Positions 52,578-64,000 of a DNA stretch of 64,000 nucleotides are shown here, one piece after another (position 1 is the first letter of the stretch; each line of letters opens with the position of its first letter). The stretch is taken from NCBI RefSeq assembly GCF_006345805.1, contig NC_043002.1, positions 27,156,001 through 27,220,000 of the forward strand. Reading direction: 5' to 3'. Origin of the DNA: Octopus sinensis. Its lineage: Eukaryota. The translations under genes were made by a program, and so were the position numbers. The notes beneath the pieces are model-generated. The model did no database searches and had not been told where the DNA came from. It saw only the letters and a program-made list of their open reading frames with translations.

Positions 52578-52678
52578 AAGTTAATCTAAACAAGAAAGCA
52601 CACAAAAAACACAACAACGCGAGGACGTGGAACAAATATAGTATTATTGGACGCTCAGGAGAGAAGGAAAGAAGGAGG

Positions 52679-52713
52679 GTTTAACGTTTCGAGCGGAGCT
52701 CTTCGTCGGAAAC
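52679..52713 (-). ncRNA. Minimal HHR variant (CCGACGA core) in a pLTR-like element (~52600-52795)
   Basis: Minus strand GTTT-CCGACGA-A-GAGC(tcc)GCTC-GAAAC-GTT-AAAC; all stems intact. Confidence 0.7.
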
Positions 52714-53778
52714 ATAGGAGAAGGAAATATCCAGAGAAGGGAAAACAGAGGTAAAAAATTCGCCAACGGTACACACGAGGTCACATTACATATATACATA
52801 TATAGTGATTTCTATTTCATAATATATTCATTACTATGAACGTGCTTAGCAAATAGTTGTATCGGTTATATAAGCAGTTACATTAATCCCACTATTCGAC
52901 TGGTGCTTTATTCAAACTCTATCTTGAAAAAGAGAGGAGGCTAAATGTTACATTTTGCCTATTACTCTGTCACTTCTTCGAAGTGGCAAACGAAATTTTG
53001 ATTGTTAACACAGATTTCAATGTTACATAACAGTATTGTATATTGTAATATAAGCATCAGTAATCGACAAACAATCTTTTTATGGAACTTGGAAAAATGT
53101 CTGCGGGTTTTAAGCTTAGTATGTAAGGGGACAAACTAAAAACAAGACATTTTGCCTGTTGAATATAAGGCAATAATCTAACCAGCTTTTATTAGTTTCC
53201 ACTGTTAACACATGGCAAGAAAATTGGGGGTTGGGTTATGTATTCACTTATATTGAAATTAATAGGTGACTGTTACTTCATATTTTCGAGTCTCTGAACG
53301 ATGCAAGATAAATAAACCTCTGCAGTATCAGAATTGAGAACCTGAAGGGCCGTAATTAAACAGCACATCACCTTTTTATTTGTTGCTCTACAGTTTCGCC
53401 AATCCATCCCTATTTTCAAAGTTATTGTTAGAGTTATATTTCAATTCTGTTGAATAGCTAAACCGAAAAAGCAGAAATAAATGTCTTTCTCATGAATACA
53501 TTCGTCACGGTTCTTTTATCCTACATTTGAAACACACACACCAAAGAGTCCGTAGCTGTTTACCTACGCTTCTGTTTTCTTTCCCCTTTTAGTATCTTTA
53601 TTTAATTGATTTTTACTCGATCGTGTCGTTCAAACTTCATTACACATCGTTTGTGTTGTGCTAACTATTTGGCCATCGCATGCTCAAAATACAAACAATT
53701 ACACATGTATATGTAGAATGTAATATAAATATTGCTCTCTTCTCTCACTCGAACGCACCTCTCTCTCTATGCCAGAAT

Positions 53779-53901
<123 letters not shown>

Positions 53902-56900
53902 GGCTATCAGCATACGCACACATATATAAGTTAGACACTAATATTTCTTTGATAATTTTTACTATGTAACAAATCTTCGGATTGCTGCACTGCATTAAAT
54001 GAATAAAAGGCTGAATGTATTGATACTCTGCGGAACGTAACTTAAGTAGTGAACTCGCGATTGTCCATGCAGTGAACCATATATTGGTTCGTTGGAAACT
54101 TAAAGCAAACACCGCCATTGCTCGCAACTACATGTTATAAATATATTACATTGTAAATCAATTCAAGTTGCGTCAGAACTTATCTACACTTTTCTGGTTT
54201 CGTTTACAATATCGAGAAATTATTCTCAATAAAAAGAAAAAAGGAATAAAGAAAGAAAATATAAAATTAATAATAGTTCTGGTTAAATATTAAATTTAGA
54301 ATAAAATTATTTATCGTTTGTTAATGAAAAAATTTAAAGCTTTTTAACAAATTAAAAGTTTTCGTTCGTGCAAACCTTTATTTGCTTCAAGACTATTTTA
54401 ATCATCGTATCGAAAATTTCTCTGCTTGAACACAATTGACACAACTTTCCTTCATCTGTAAATGTAGCTGAAATAAAATACAAAGTAAAATATTATTTAT
54501 CGTATGATTAAACCAAGCCAATATATAACACTATAGAATAGGAATTTGTTAGACACTGAGTATTTGTAATAGTAAAGCCTGTATTTGCAGGGAGTATACA
54601 TACATGTGTAGTTAACAAAAAAATAATACAAAAATGTTTTCAATATTCGATCTAACTACGAATAAAATTGAAAAGGTCTCTACTTCCAGTGCCTAGGCTC
54701 GATCAATGCGTTTTCATTGAAATTTAGTCAACGGAAACTGTGCGGAAGTTTGTCTACTAGACTGCAGGTTCAAATATTCCCGTGGGAAACAATTTGAAAC
54801 TTTGTGGAATATAATGGCAAACCACCGCTCGTTTGTGAAAAGAAAGTAAACCTGGATTGTCACAGAATAATCGGACTTGATGCTTGCATTCTTAATATTA
54901 CAATAGGTATTGATTCCTATTGAAATTAAGTATTCTATTGAATAAATGCAAAAGTTACGATGCTAGAGACATTTTCTTACACACATTCTTAACGTATTCC
55001 GCCTGCAAATGGAATCAAACAATACGATGAGTAGCGTGTATCTGAAGTATACATGGAATGGTGACAATAAGATTATAAAACGGCAACGGGTGAGCCAAAC
55101 CGATTCTTATTGGACCACTATTGTTACAATCCCCAGGAATTCATCGCTGTATTAGACGTGTAGGAGTCGCTTAAAATTAAATATTTTAATATGCTCTTCA
55201 CTTTATGGAAGTATTTTGTTTTTGTTGTGATTTCTCTCGGTTCTAGCGGAATCTTTAACTATAAAATGTGTGTTATATGTAGAAAGGGAGGATGTCTATT
55301 GAAATTATAGCATTCTAAAAAGTACAATGTTGTTACATAAATTGCCTTGTTTTACCTCCCAAATACCTTACCGTAAAATATTTACCAGACTGAAATATGT
55401 ATTAACGTTGCTATTTTCAACTTCAAAACTTTTAAATGTAATGCCTTAGTCCACAGTGTGAAACAACTAAATTTATATACATACATATATATATATATAT
55501 ATAGTCTGTTTATAGTATTGAAATGTCTGCAGCATGCTTCAAAGAAATATTTTTGTAGAAAATAACTATGGTTAATTTATGGTTGTAGTTAAAGAAATGG
55601 CTGGAATTCTTTGATCTCTAAGTGTTACAAGAACACGGCATAGATTTAGTAATCGTTTTAGAGTGTAAGCATATAACAAGGCAATAACTTTAAGAAGACT
55701 GACTATTCGATCTTATCGGTCAAAAAATTTGACTTACATTTTCTAATGTTTTAAAAAAAGAGAAAAACAGGCTAGGCTTTACTTAGCATGTTCGAAATTA
55801 GAACGTTATTAACTGTACCTACATCAAATCGAATGAAACTCGAGACAACATGCAAGCACCTATGCAAATAAAATTCTCTAAAATCAAATTGAGGAATAAA
55901 ATACTGCTCAACATAGTGGTTGATAAACATAAAATGCTATTGAGACGTGTGGAATACGTTAGTCTATGAGATTACGCTCTCAGCCATGAAGAAAGACTAT
56001 AACAATTTCAATTTCGACAAACGTCAGTTTGAGTGACTTGCGTTTTACTCCTACCAATTCACGGCTCTGTTAATATAAATACTGGGCAAGACAACTACCA
56101 ACATCCGATGGTAAGGCTTCAGCTCGGAAGTTCTGGATTTTTGGAGAGTATAGAGTTAAATCTCAGTCACCAGTAGTATGAGATCAACCTTCTCCCGGAG
56201 TGGGAGTAATTGTCAAAGACCCCCAGTTTTTGGCGAATAATGCGATATCGTCTTGTGGCTAAGACAGAGAACGAATAAAGAAGAGCCGGTGCCTATGTAT
56301 GGTCCATACAGGCCCACCAGCGTGTGGACATGTCTTCATCAGACATGAACTAGCCATTTGTTAATGCATGAAATAGGCATTGTTCCCAAATGGTAAGCTC
56401 TGGAGAAGACGAGACAAGCAGAGTAAATAAACCGATAGAAGTCAACGGGTACCCAATGCTGTACGTTACTCACGAAAGGCCATGAGCATTCAGGTTCGGC
56501 ATGCAAAACCAGAGCCTCTGAGATATGTAATCATGGCATATCGAGAGAGTACGAATACCAAATCGGGAGAGAGGGGAGAGAGAGAGAGAGAGAGAGAGAA
56601 AGATAGAAAGAAAATAAGAAGGGAATTCTTATTTTCCGTATTATTAAACGTCTTTTTTTTTCATTTCCTTCTTTTACTTCTGTACTACAATGCTTCAAGC
56701 GAACTACAACGTTCATAATATTATAATATAATCACGCTCTTGACTATCTTTAGGTAAATTATACAATACAAAGTGTTTTCATCTCGAGCCAACATGGTAA
56801 TATCAACCTTTTTCCTTCAACAGCTAAATCGTAGAGTAGAACTCCCGCTTAGAAATAGTCTGTATTTAATAGTACTATCCAAGCTACATAATGCCTGAAA

Positions 56901-58754
56901 ACGTCCCATTGACCATGACTGAAATGCTGTTGTTCAGGTCTCTTCTCAATCAGTATTGATTTGAGACTAAACTACAATGATACATGATTCCTTTTTATTG
57001 AAAATCATTTCTAATTCGCATAGAATAAAACGGAAATCTAATTCTTAACCGGCTTTAACGCTCGATAATTCTAAAGTATTTTCTGTTAGAGTATTCGTGA
57101 AATATTTTCTGTTAGAGTACATTTTAATATGTCATTTATCAATATTTTTATAATTCTATATGTGATTGTATGTATTGTTCTATATTTTTATGCATTTTCT
57201 CTAAATAACTTTGTAATTCTATACAGTTCTATGTATCCGATATCTCTATTTCTGTATATATTTTTGTACATTTAAAAAAAAAAATCTATGGCCCTTTTTT
57301 AGGTAACCTTGTAATTTTTTTGGTACGCATGCAATTATGCATGCACACGTACAAATACCACGCACACACCGATATTCGTTTATGTCTACATAATTCGAAA
57401 TATGTTTAGAGACAGTATTGATGATGACGATGGTCGAGATAAGTATGGGAGGAGGATAAAATAGTATCGGTGGTTATAATTACAACTGGAGCGGTGTGAT
57501 GTGTAATGCTCAGTGATGGTGGTAATAGTGGTGTTGATGATAAAGTTAGTTGTGTGATGGTGGTATTGTAGAGGTTTTACTGGTTGTGGTGGTGAAAGTG
57601 ACTGTCAAAGTAACCGTCATGATAACGTTGATAGCAGTATATGTGCTTGAAGTGGAAGCAATGACAATGCTGCTCATGATGTTGGTAGTTGTGGTGGTGG
57701 TGATAGTGGTAGGATAGTTGTGGTGGTGATTGTGATATGGTGGTAGGGGTTGTGGTGCTGGTGGTCGTCGTCGTCGTAGCGCTGCTCCTGCTGGTCTGGC
57801 GGAGGTCTGCGCACTCCGAGTACTTTTCTAGTTTCATATCATGTACCAATTTTTCCATGTTTCTCTTTCATTTGGCATAGATATTTTTAACTTTTGTTGA
57901 ATTTTTGATCTTTGAGATGTCCAGCTGGTACAGTTTGTGTGAGTTAGTGAACATTTATAATAAATATATTTTTCTTAAGCACCAAAATGTAAATATTACT
58001 CATTGTGCCCCGCAGAAAGCGGCTATTCCAGTAATGCGGAATAGCTGTCTTATATAAGTTGGAATTTTCCCTTTATTTATATCATGCGTTGAAAAATAAT
58101 GAAGGGAAGCCCTTTTAAAACAATAACTATAAAAAGTTCATGTCTTTTAAACACACACGCACACACTTAACGTTATTTTGGAATAGCTACACACTAAATT
58201 TATATATTTTTCTTTCTCGTAATATTCTACCATTTCACTGTATTTCACATTATGAAGCATTTGCTACTCGCATTAAAAGAAATCTTACCCACCATTCTTC
58301 ATTCATTGTATTTTCACAATGAAGTGAAAATCAAACACCGTTAGCGGTTGTATGAAAAAGGAAATTAGAATTTTCAAAATTGTATGAATAAAGCGACTTT
58401 TTCAGTCACTTATTTAAACTTTTTCTTAACTCTTCAAGCTCAATTACAACACTAACACTAATTTTAATTTTTGTGTATGAGGGGTCTCCGAAATTTAAAG
58501 TGCTCCGGGCCTCCCGTGGCTTAAATACGGTGCTGCTCCCGTGGTTTAAATATGGTGTTTAAATAAGTGGCCGCTACTTATACTGGTGAAAGCAGATTAA
58601 GTGTGGTCGATACATAATGGGAGAAAAAGACTAATTCATAATCTTCAGAGAGAAAGAAGTGGGTAGCACGCTCACATACCTACATACGCACATAGAAACG
58701 CATTTAAGTATTGAAGCAAATTATCAAATATGCAAACAAGGATAAAGACATCAG

Positions 58755-58990
58755 CACACATAGAAAGCAGGAAATACCTCAGCCCCTAACAGCTGATGGC
58801 TTTTCTCAAAGCGCGAGTGAGGTCCATAATGAAGTATTGCGCCCACGTGGACAGTGGATTTGTTATACAGTATGACACTCTCAATCGGATCCAGCAGAAA
58901 GCAATTCGACTCATTGTCAGAAAATTCACAGGCTCGCTCCAGACGGTTCCATAACACTGCTGTCACGTCTGTGAGTTTCTTATCATTGTC
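58755..58990 (+). mobile_element. CR1-group LINE RT C-terminal remnant
   Basis: RKYLSP*QLMAFLKARVRSIMKYCAHV..DTLNRIQQKAIRLI resembles the LYKA.VRP.MEYC..W....L.RIQ..A.R.I motif. Confidence 0.7.
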
Positions 58991-61900
58991 CTTGATGAAT
59001 CTTCTCCCTCTCGTTATCCTCCTATCAAGTGATGACTTGCAAGAGTTAAAATGGAAAATTAAAGATCTCGATTTCACAGATATCAGATGGACTGAAAGGG
59101 TCATGGGCATATTCTCACTTCTAGTTGTGGAAAGTAAACCAAAATCGATATAGATGCCGAACAGGCACACACATATGCACACAAGCATATATACATGCAC
59201 GATAGAGTTGTATATATCAAAAATATATTTTCAGAAAACAGCTATTGAATTTTACTGCAATGCCGTCTATTTGGCAGCCTCGCCTTGAAAACAATGAAAT
59301 AAAGTAAAAAGGAAAAAAATATATGATGCATCAATATACAGATGTGTCGATGTAGGACTGTGTTTACTGGATGAAAAATATCTAAAGCAATTTATCAGAT
59401 GGAGAGACACATGGTAGGTTATGGAGGAAAGCATGGTAGGTTATGGAGGAAAGCATATGGAGGAAAGCATACGGATCCAATCAAACCCCGGTTTGACAAT
59501 TCAACTTACCATGAATTCCACATTCGGCACTCTCATAGTGGTACAATTATTCATTAAAGTGTTTTAGAAACGGCAACACACTGGAAAATTGTCATATCAC
59601 GTAAATTGTCATATCGCGTAAATGAGCTATTATACTAAGTATTGAGTACTTTAGTCCTTTACAAGTAATATCCGTTTATTGCATAATTGAAACAAATTAG
59701 AGGCTTTGACCTAAAATGTTTCAGCAAGACAAAGTATGTTTTAAAAATAGCCATTACCAAGTCTTAAAGAAAAGTCTATCAAAAGTAAACTGCTAGCACA
59801 AAATATGAAATATTCGAAACACGTAATGATCAAGGAGATTACTCAGTGTTCAGGTGTACAAGTAAAACTGACACGTAAAGTAGATAAGACATTTTCCGCT
59901 TCTAATAACAAATCAAATAGTGTCAGCATGAGTCTAATCGATCAATTTTAAGTTGATCTTCACATCGCACTAACTGAATAATAAACGTATAATGATGTTA
60001 CTGAAACATTACGTATCAGCCTATCACAAGAATTCGTCGAAACACCTGGAGTTTATGAGGAAATAAGAGACAGAAATGATGGCAACGAGATGAAACAAAA
60101 TAAAGCACATGATCAGTATAGAAACTACGGTGTAACTATTTCAACAATAGAAATACATTCAATTTGTTTAAAGAAAATAAATAAAGTGGGACACGAAATC
60201 AAAGGTAAATAAGTTGAAAGCACAGGTATTCTATATAATGCAAAGTCTTCCAATCCATGCAGTATGAAGAATGGGTTTGTATACTGGTGATCAGCCACAC
60301 CAAAAAGATATGATCAATAATAGAAAGACTCTTCAGAGTGGCGACTACCATGTTAGTATGCTATCACCCTCCTTGAGAATGTAAGTAGAAAATACTATGA
60401 CAATCTGCCTTCCTAATATCATAAGGATTTTAGAACACAGTAACAGTAATTGTATAAGAGATCACGACCAAGAACTGCACGTATCTCACCGTATGTTTGT
60501 ATCAATAAATATAAAGGTGAATAAAAAAGTAAAATTATAAAGGAAGATCATAAAGCCGTGATCCAAGAGATGACAGAAGAAAAATAACAAATTTGGGTTA
60601 GCTTTTATGGAAGGGAAAAGGAAAATCACCAGCCTGTATGGTAAAAAGTCAAGATAGAGATAAGGGAAAACATGAGAAGAAATCTGAAAGTAGCAGCGAG
60701 TGTGGTGGGTTTTGATAACCGCCATTCTAGGTTCATGACAGCGATGGAGTCCATATACGCCTTAAATTAAGAAAGAACATTAAACTTTCATTAGTTTTAA
60801 TGCCCTCCCTAAATTCTACTGCTGAACTGTCTTACGGAGCAATATTATGCAGAGTATGATTGATGATTAAACATTTACTGCAATATTTTAGTACGGGGAG
60901 TGTGAACATTTACAAGCTCAGCCGAACAAAAGATATTCTGGTTCAAGGTGAGCAAATATGGAATACCACATGTAAGACAAAACTAAGAAGTGAATATCGT
61001 TGACATGGACAATGAATGAGAACAGTGTGAATTTTAAAATAGGGCTAAATTCAACATTCCCATGACGTTACCAATTTCACCAAATGTTGGGAGAGCACAA
61101 CGACCGAAAGGTTATTACAATAACAGCACATAAAACTGACGCTACATCACCTGTTCATCATGAGGAGGGAATTTAATACTGATAACCCATTTACCGGGTC
61201 TTCACAAGTAGTGGGGGTGGTGGAAGTAGGGTATCATGAGACACGAAATTTGGATCGAATGATTTCAAAAGAGAGGACTCCGAAAAAGGTAAACAAGTAC
61301 CTTGTGGATGTGTTAAATAGAGCTACGAATTAAGTCTGTCTCTCGTTTAGCTATGGTATATTTTAAATTAAGAACGCGGAAAATTGCAAATTGCTTGATC
61401 CGATGATTTTACAGTTATATCAATCTACCTTACTAGAATGGCACTCTCTTATCAAATCCAGAAGGCCTAAGGACAAAAAGTAAAATTGATATCTGCGGAT
61501 GAATTTGCACTTGAAGCGCTAATAGAGGAAACAAATACTGCAACGAATGTCATTGTAACCAAACGGCCAAGCTGACTTCAAATAAATATTTCCATTATAA
61601 TTTATTAAAATTCCGATTCTGTAGAAGTAACAGTGATGATAGCAATAAAAAAAACTAAGAACAAAACGCCCTTCTCTTGCTCTGTCTCTGCCTGTCTGTC
61701 TGTCTCTCGCTCTCTTTCTCTCTCTCTCCCTCACAAACACACACAAGCACACACACGCATGTCCACACACGTATTCACACATATGCACACATACAGATAA
61801 AACAAGCATACATACATACATGCAAACATACATACATATATACATACATACACACATACATATACATGTAGGTATCCACATTACATCTTTCATCTGACTA

Positions 61901-62309
61901 CAAAAAAATTCGAACCACTTTATACCCTCAAAGCATGTAAGACAAATATTCTGTCTCTTATCCATTGCATCGTACATCACTTTATTTTCACTTGACAGAA
62001 TCAATGCAACTTCAAACCATGTTAGAACAAAAGAGAAACCAAGACAAATCAGTATAACTGAAAAATAAATATGAAATAGGACATTATTCAACAAACTGAT
62101 AGATAGTGTATACAACTGAAGGACCTCTTGTTCAAATAATATCGTTACACCTGCCAACTGTGACCAACTTCTGATAAGACACTAACAAAGAAAAGGAAAT
62201 AAAAAATTGAATTAGCTGAGATGGAAATGTTTCGATAGGACAGGTTCTATTAGAATAGGGTAAAGATCCTTCCCGAATGATATGGACTCATACGACAGGT
62301 TTTCCAGTT

Positions 62310-62500
62310 TCCGTGGCGTAAATATCCCTCACGTGAACAGGACGCCGGTCCGTTATATTATAACTCACTTTTGCTAGCTGAATGGACTGGCGTAACGTGA
62401 AATGAAGTGTTTTGCTCAAAAACACAATACGTCGCCCCATCTAGGAATGGAAAGCACAATCTTACGATCAAGAGTCTAACAACCTAACCCTAGACGACAC
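62310..62500 (-). mobile_element. SINE family C, degenerate
   Basis: GCTGAATGGACTGGCGTAACGTGAAATGAAGTGTTTTGCTCAAAAACACAA matches 36665-36720. Confidence 0.7.
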
Positions 62501-63335
62501 GCCTCCACACAGATTCCATTATGTAAGGTAAAATGACTTTAAGCAAGCTTTATAAGACGAATTCGCACTCGAAACACTGTCTCCAAAATGTTTTAAATAT
62601 AGAAACCTAAAACCCGAAGATAGAACAAACAAGGTTACGTAGAAACAACTGCACGTATTCGCGAACAGGTTTTGTATAATATTAAAGGAATATAAAATAA
62701 TATTAAACACTATTATGAGATTTATAAAAAATTTTCGAATGGAATTCGGTTCCACAAAGAGCAGAAGAAATCAACTTCGTGTATAAGGAAAAGAAACAAA
62801 AAAGAAGAAAGAACACGGTAATGGGGTGGAGTGAATTGGGTAGATTTCAAAAACATAGGAGATCGGAAATCCCAAACTGAAAGCATGGGAAAAATTCAAT
62901 GTGGGATTTCATTTTACAGAGAGAAGATAATAAGTGTTTTCATTGGATTTGAAGGTATCCATTAGAAAAAAGCAATGGAATAATTTTTCAAAATTTTACA
63001 AAAATGTATTACATAGTTTGGTATTCTAGGAGCCGATGTGAGGCTAAAATTCACAAGAAGAACAATATACTTTGATCTGGAATATCGATGTCAATAAAAA
63101 TAGTGTTAAATTGCAATAAAACTCCAACCCTTTACTTTCCTGAATACCTTTAAACATGGCGGCTATAGAAAATGTCAAAACATCTTTATGTACCTTTTCG
63201 TTTAGCTGTTACATTTCTATATATATTTTCTATCTCAGTATAGTTTTCTATTTTCCTATAAACTACTGTATATATACACATACGTACAAACATACATACA
63301 TACGTACGTACATATATACATACATACGTACATAC

Positions 63336-63377
<42 letters not shown>

Positions 63378-63382
<5 letters not shown>

Positions 63383-63517
63383 GGTCCCGGGTTGATTCGG
63401 AGTTAACCACAGTAAATAAGGTACTCAATACATAGCAGAGTAAAATTAATTTATTATATAGAAGGAGCTTCTACAGGACTAGAACTGTTTCATTCAAGTG
63501 AAATCTTCAGGAAGCTA
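63378..63517 (-). repeat. Dispersed repeat with HHR-like motif (partner of 48160-48300)
   Basis: Minus strand AGCTTC-CTGAAGA-TTTC(actt)GAAT-GAAAC-AGTTCTA-GTC-ctgta-GAAGCT. Confidence 0.75.
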
Positions 63518-63812
63518 GTTAACAAGAATTATATTGGCATTTATACATTTAGGCAGGTTTAAAGGGGTGGTGGTGGGGGATTTTTGGGGGGTAGGCATAG
63601 CGCAAAAAAATCATACTTGGGGGAGTGGTCAAGGAGTCAGTGGTAAATTAGATAGAAGAATAAATAAAAGAATAAAAAAGGGAGAATAAAAAATATATAG
63701 AAGAATAGAGTTTTAGGTAAATAAGGAAAATCTCACTTATACCTATACACATATGTATACATATATACACACACACACACATATACATACACACATACAT
63801 ACACACACACCC

Positions 63813-63843
<31 letters not shown>

Positions 63844-63862
63844 TATACATACATATATCTAC

Positions 63863-63894
<32 letters not shown>

Positions 63895-64000
63895 TATATA
63901 TATATACATACACATATACATGCATATACATATACACAAACACATGTATATATACACACACACGACCACACATACACATACACACAAAAAAATATATACA

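Noticed and set aside
56320-56350. Minus-strand CTGATGA-AGAC
   Set aside because: No downstream GAAA or stem III, so not a hammerhead.
57577-57900. ORF MEKLVHDMKLEKYSEC.. with Thr/His tracts
   Set aside because: Mostly (GGT/GAT)-type low complexity, an in-frame stop upstream and no recognisable domain.
58751-59200. 149-aa minus-strand ORF
   Set aside because: Largely antisense to a CR1-group LINE remnant; no protein family recognised.
59410-59472. Short tandem repeat of a ~21-bp unit (two copies plus partials)
   Set aside because: Local slippage duplication with no spacers; no CRISPR array is present here or elsewhere in the window.

Overview
AT-rich, microsatellite-dense eukaryotic non-coding DNA. 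The SINE families and repeat landscape suggest an octopus (coleoid cephalopod) genome, which is inference from recalled repeat sequences, not a database result. No host protein-coding gene can be supported; most listed ORFs are translations of (TA)n/(CA)n/(TATG)n/(AAT)n repeats. The window is a nest of transposon relics: three tRNA-derived SINE families, Tc1/mariner (maT DD37D, mariner, Tigger/pogo), CR1-group and RLE-type LINE ends, a Helitron-like element and two candidate solo LTRs. Penelope-like elements (PLEs: RT + GIY-YIG) dominate, including a near full-length copy with a 1.2-kb inverted terminal duplication (37.3-42.3 kb). The main signal is a set of about nine minimal hammerhead ribozyme (HHR) motifs plus several relics. 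These include three copies with a compensatory U3:A8 core and a head-to-head fold-back of a tRNA-Asn-like head joined to an HHR tail. That fold-back lies inside a retrozyme-like unit bounded by two near-identical HHR-bearing 188-bp direct repeats (16041-17554). All coordinates were counted by eye; element boundaries are approximate.
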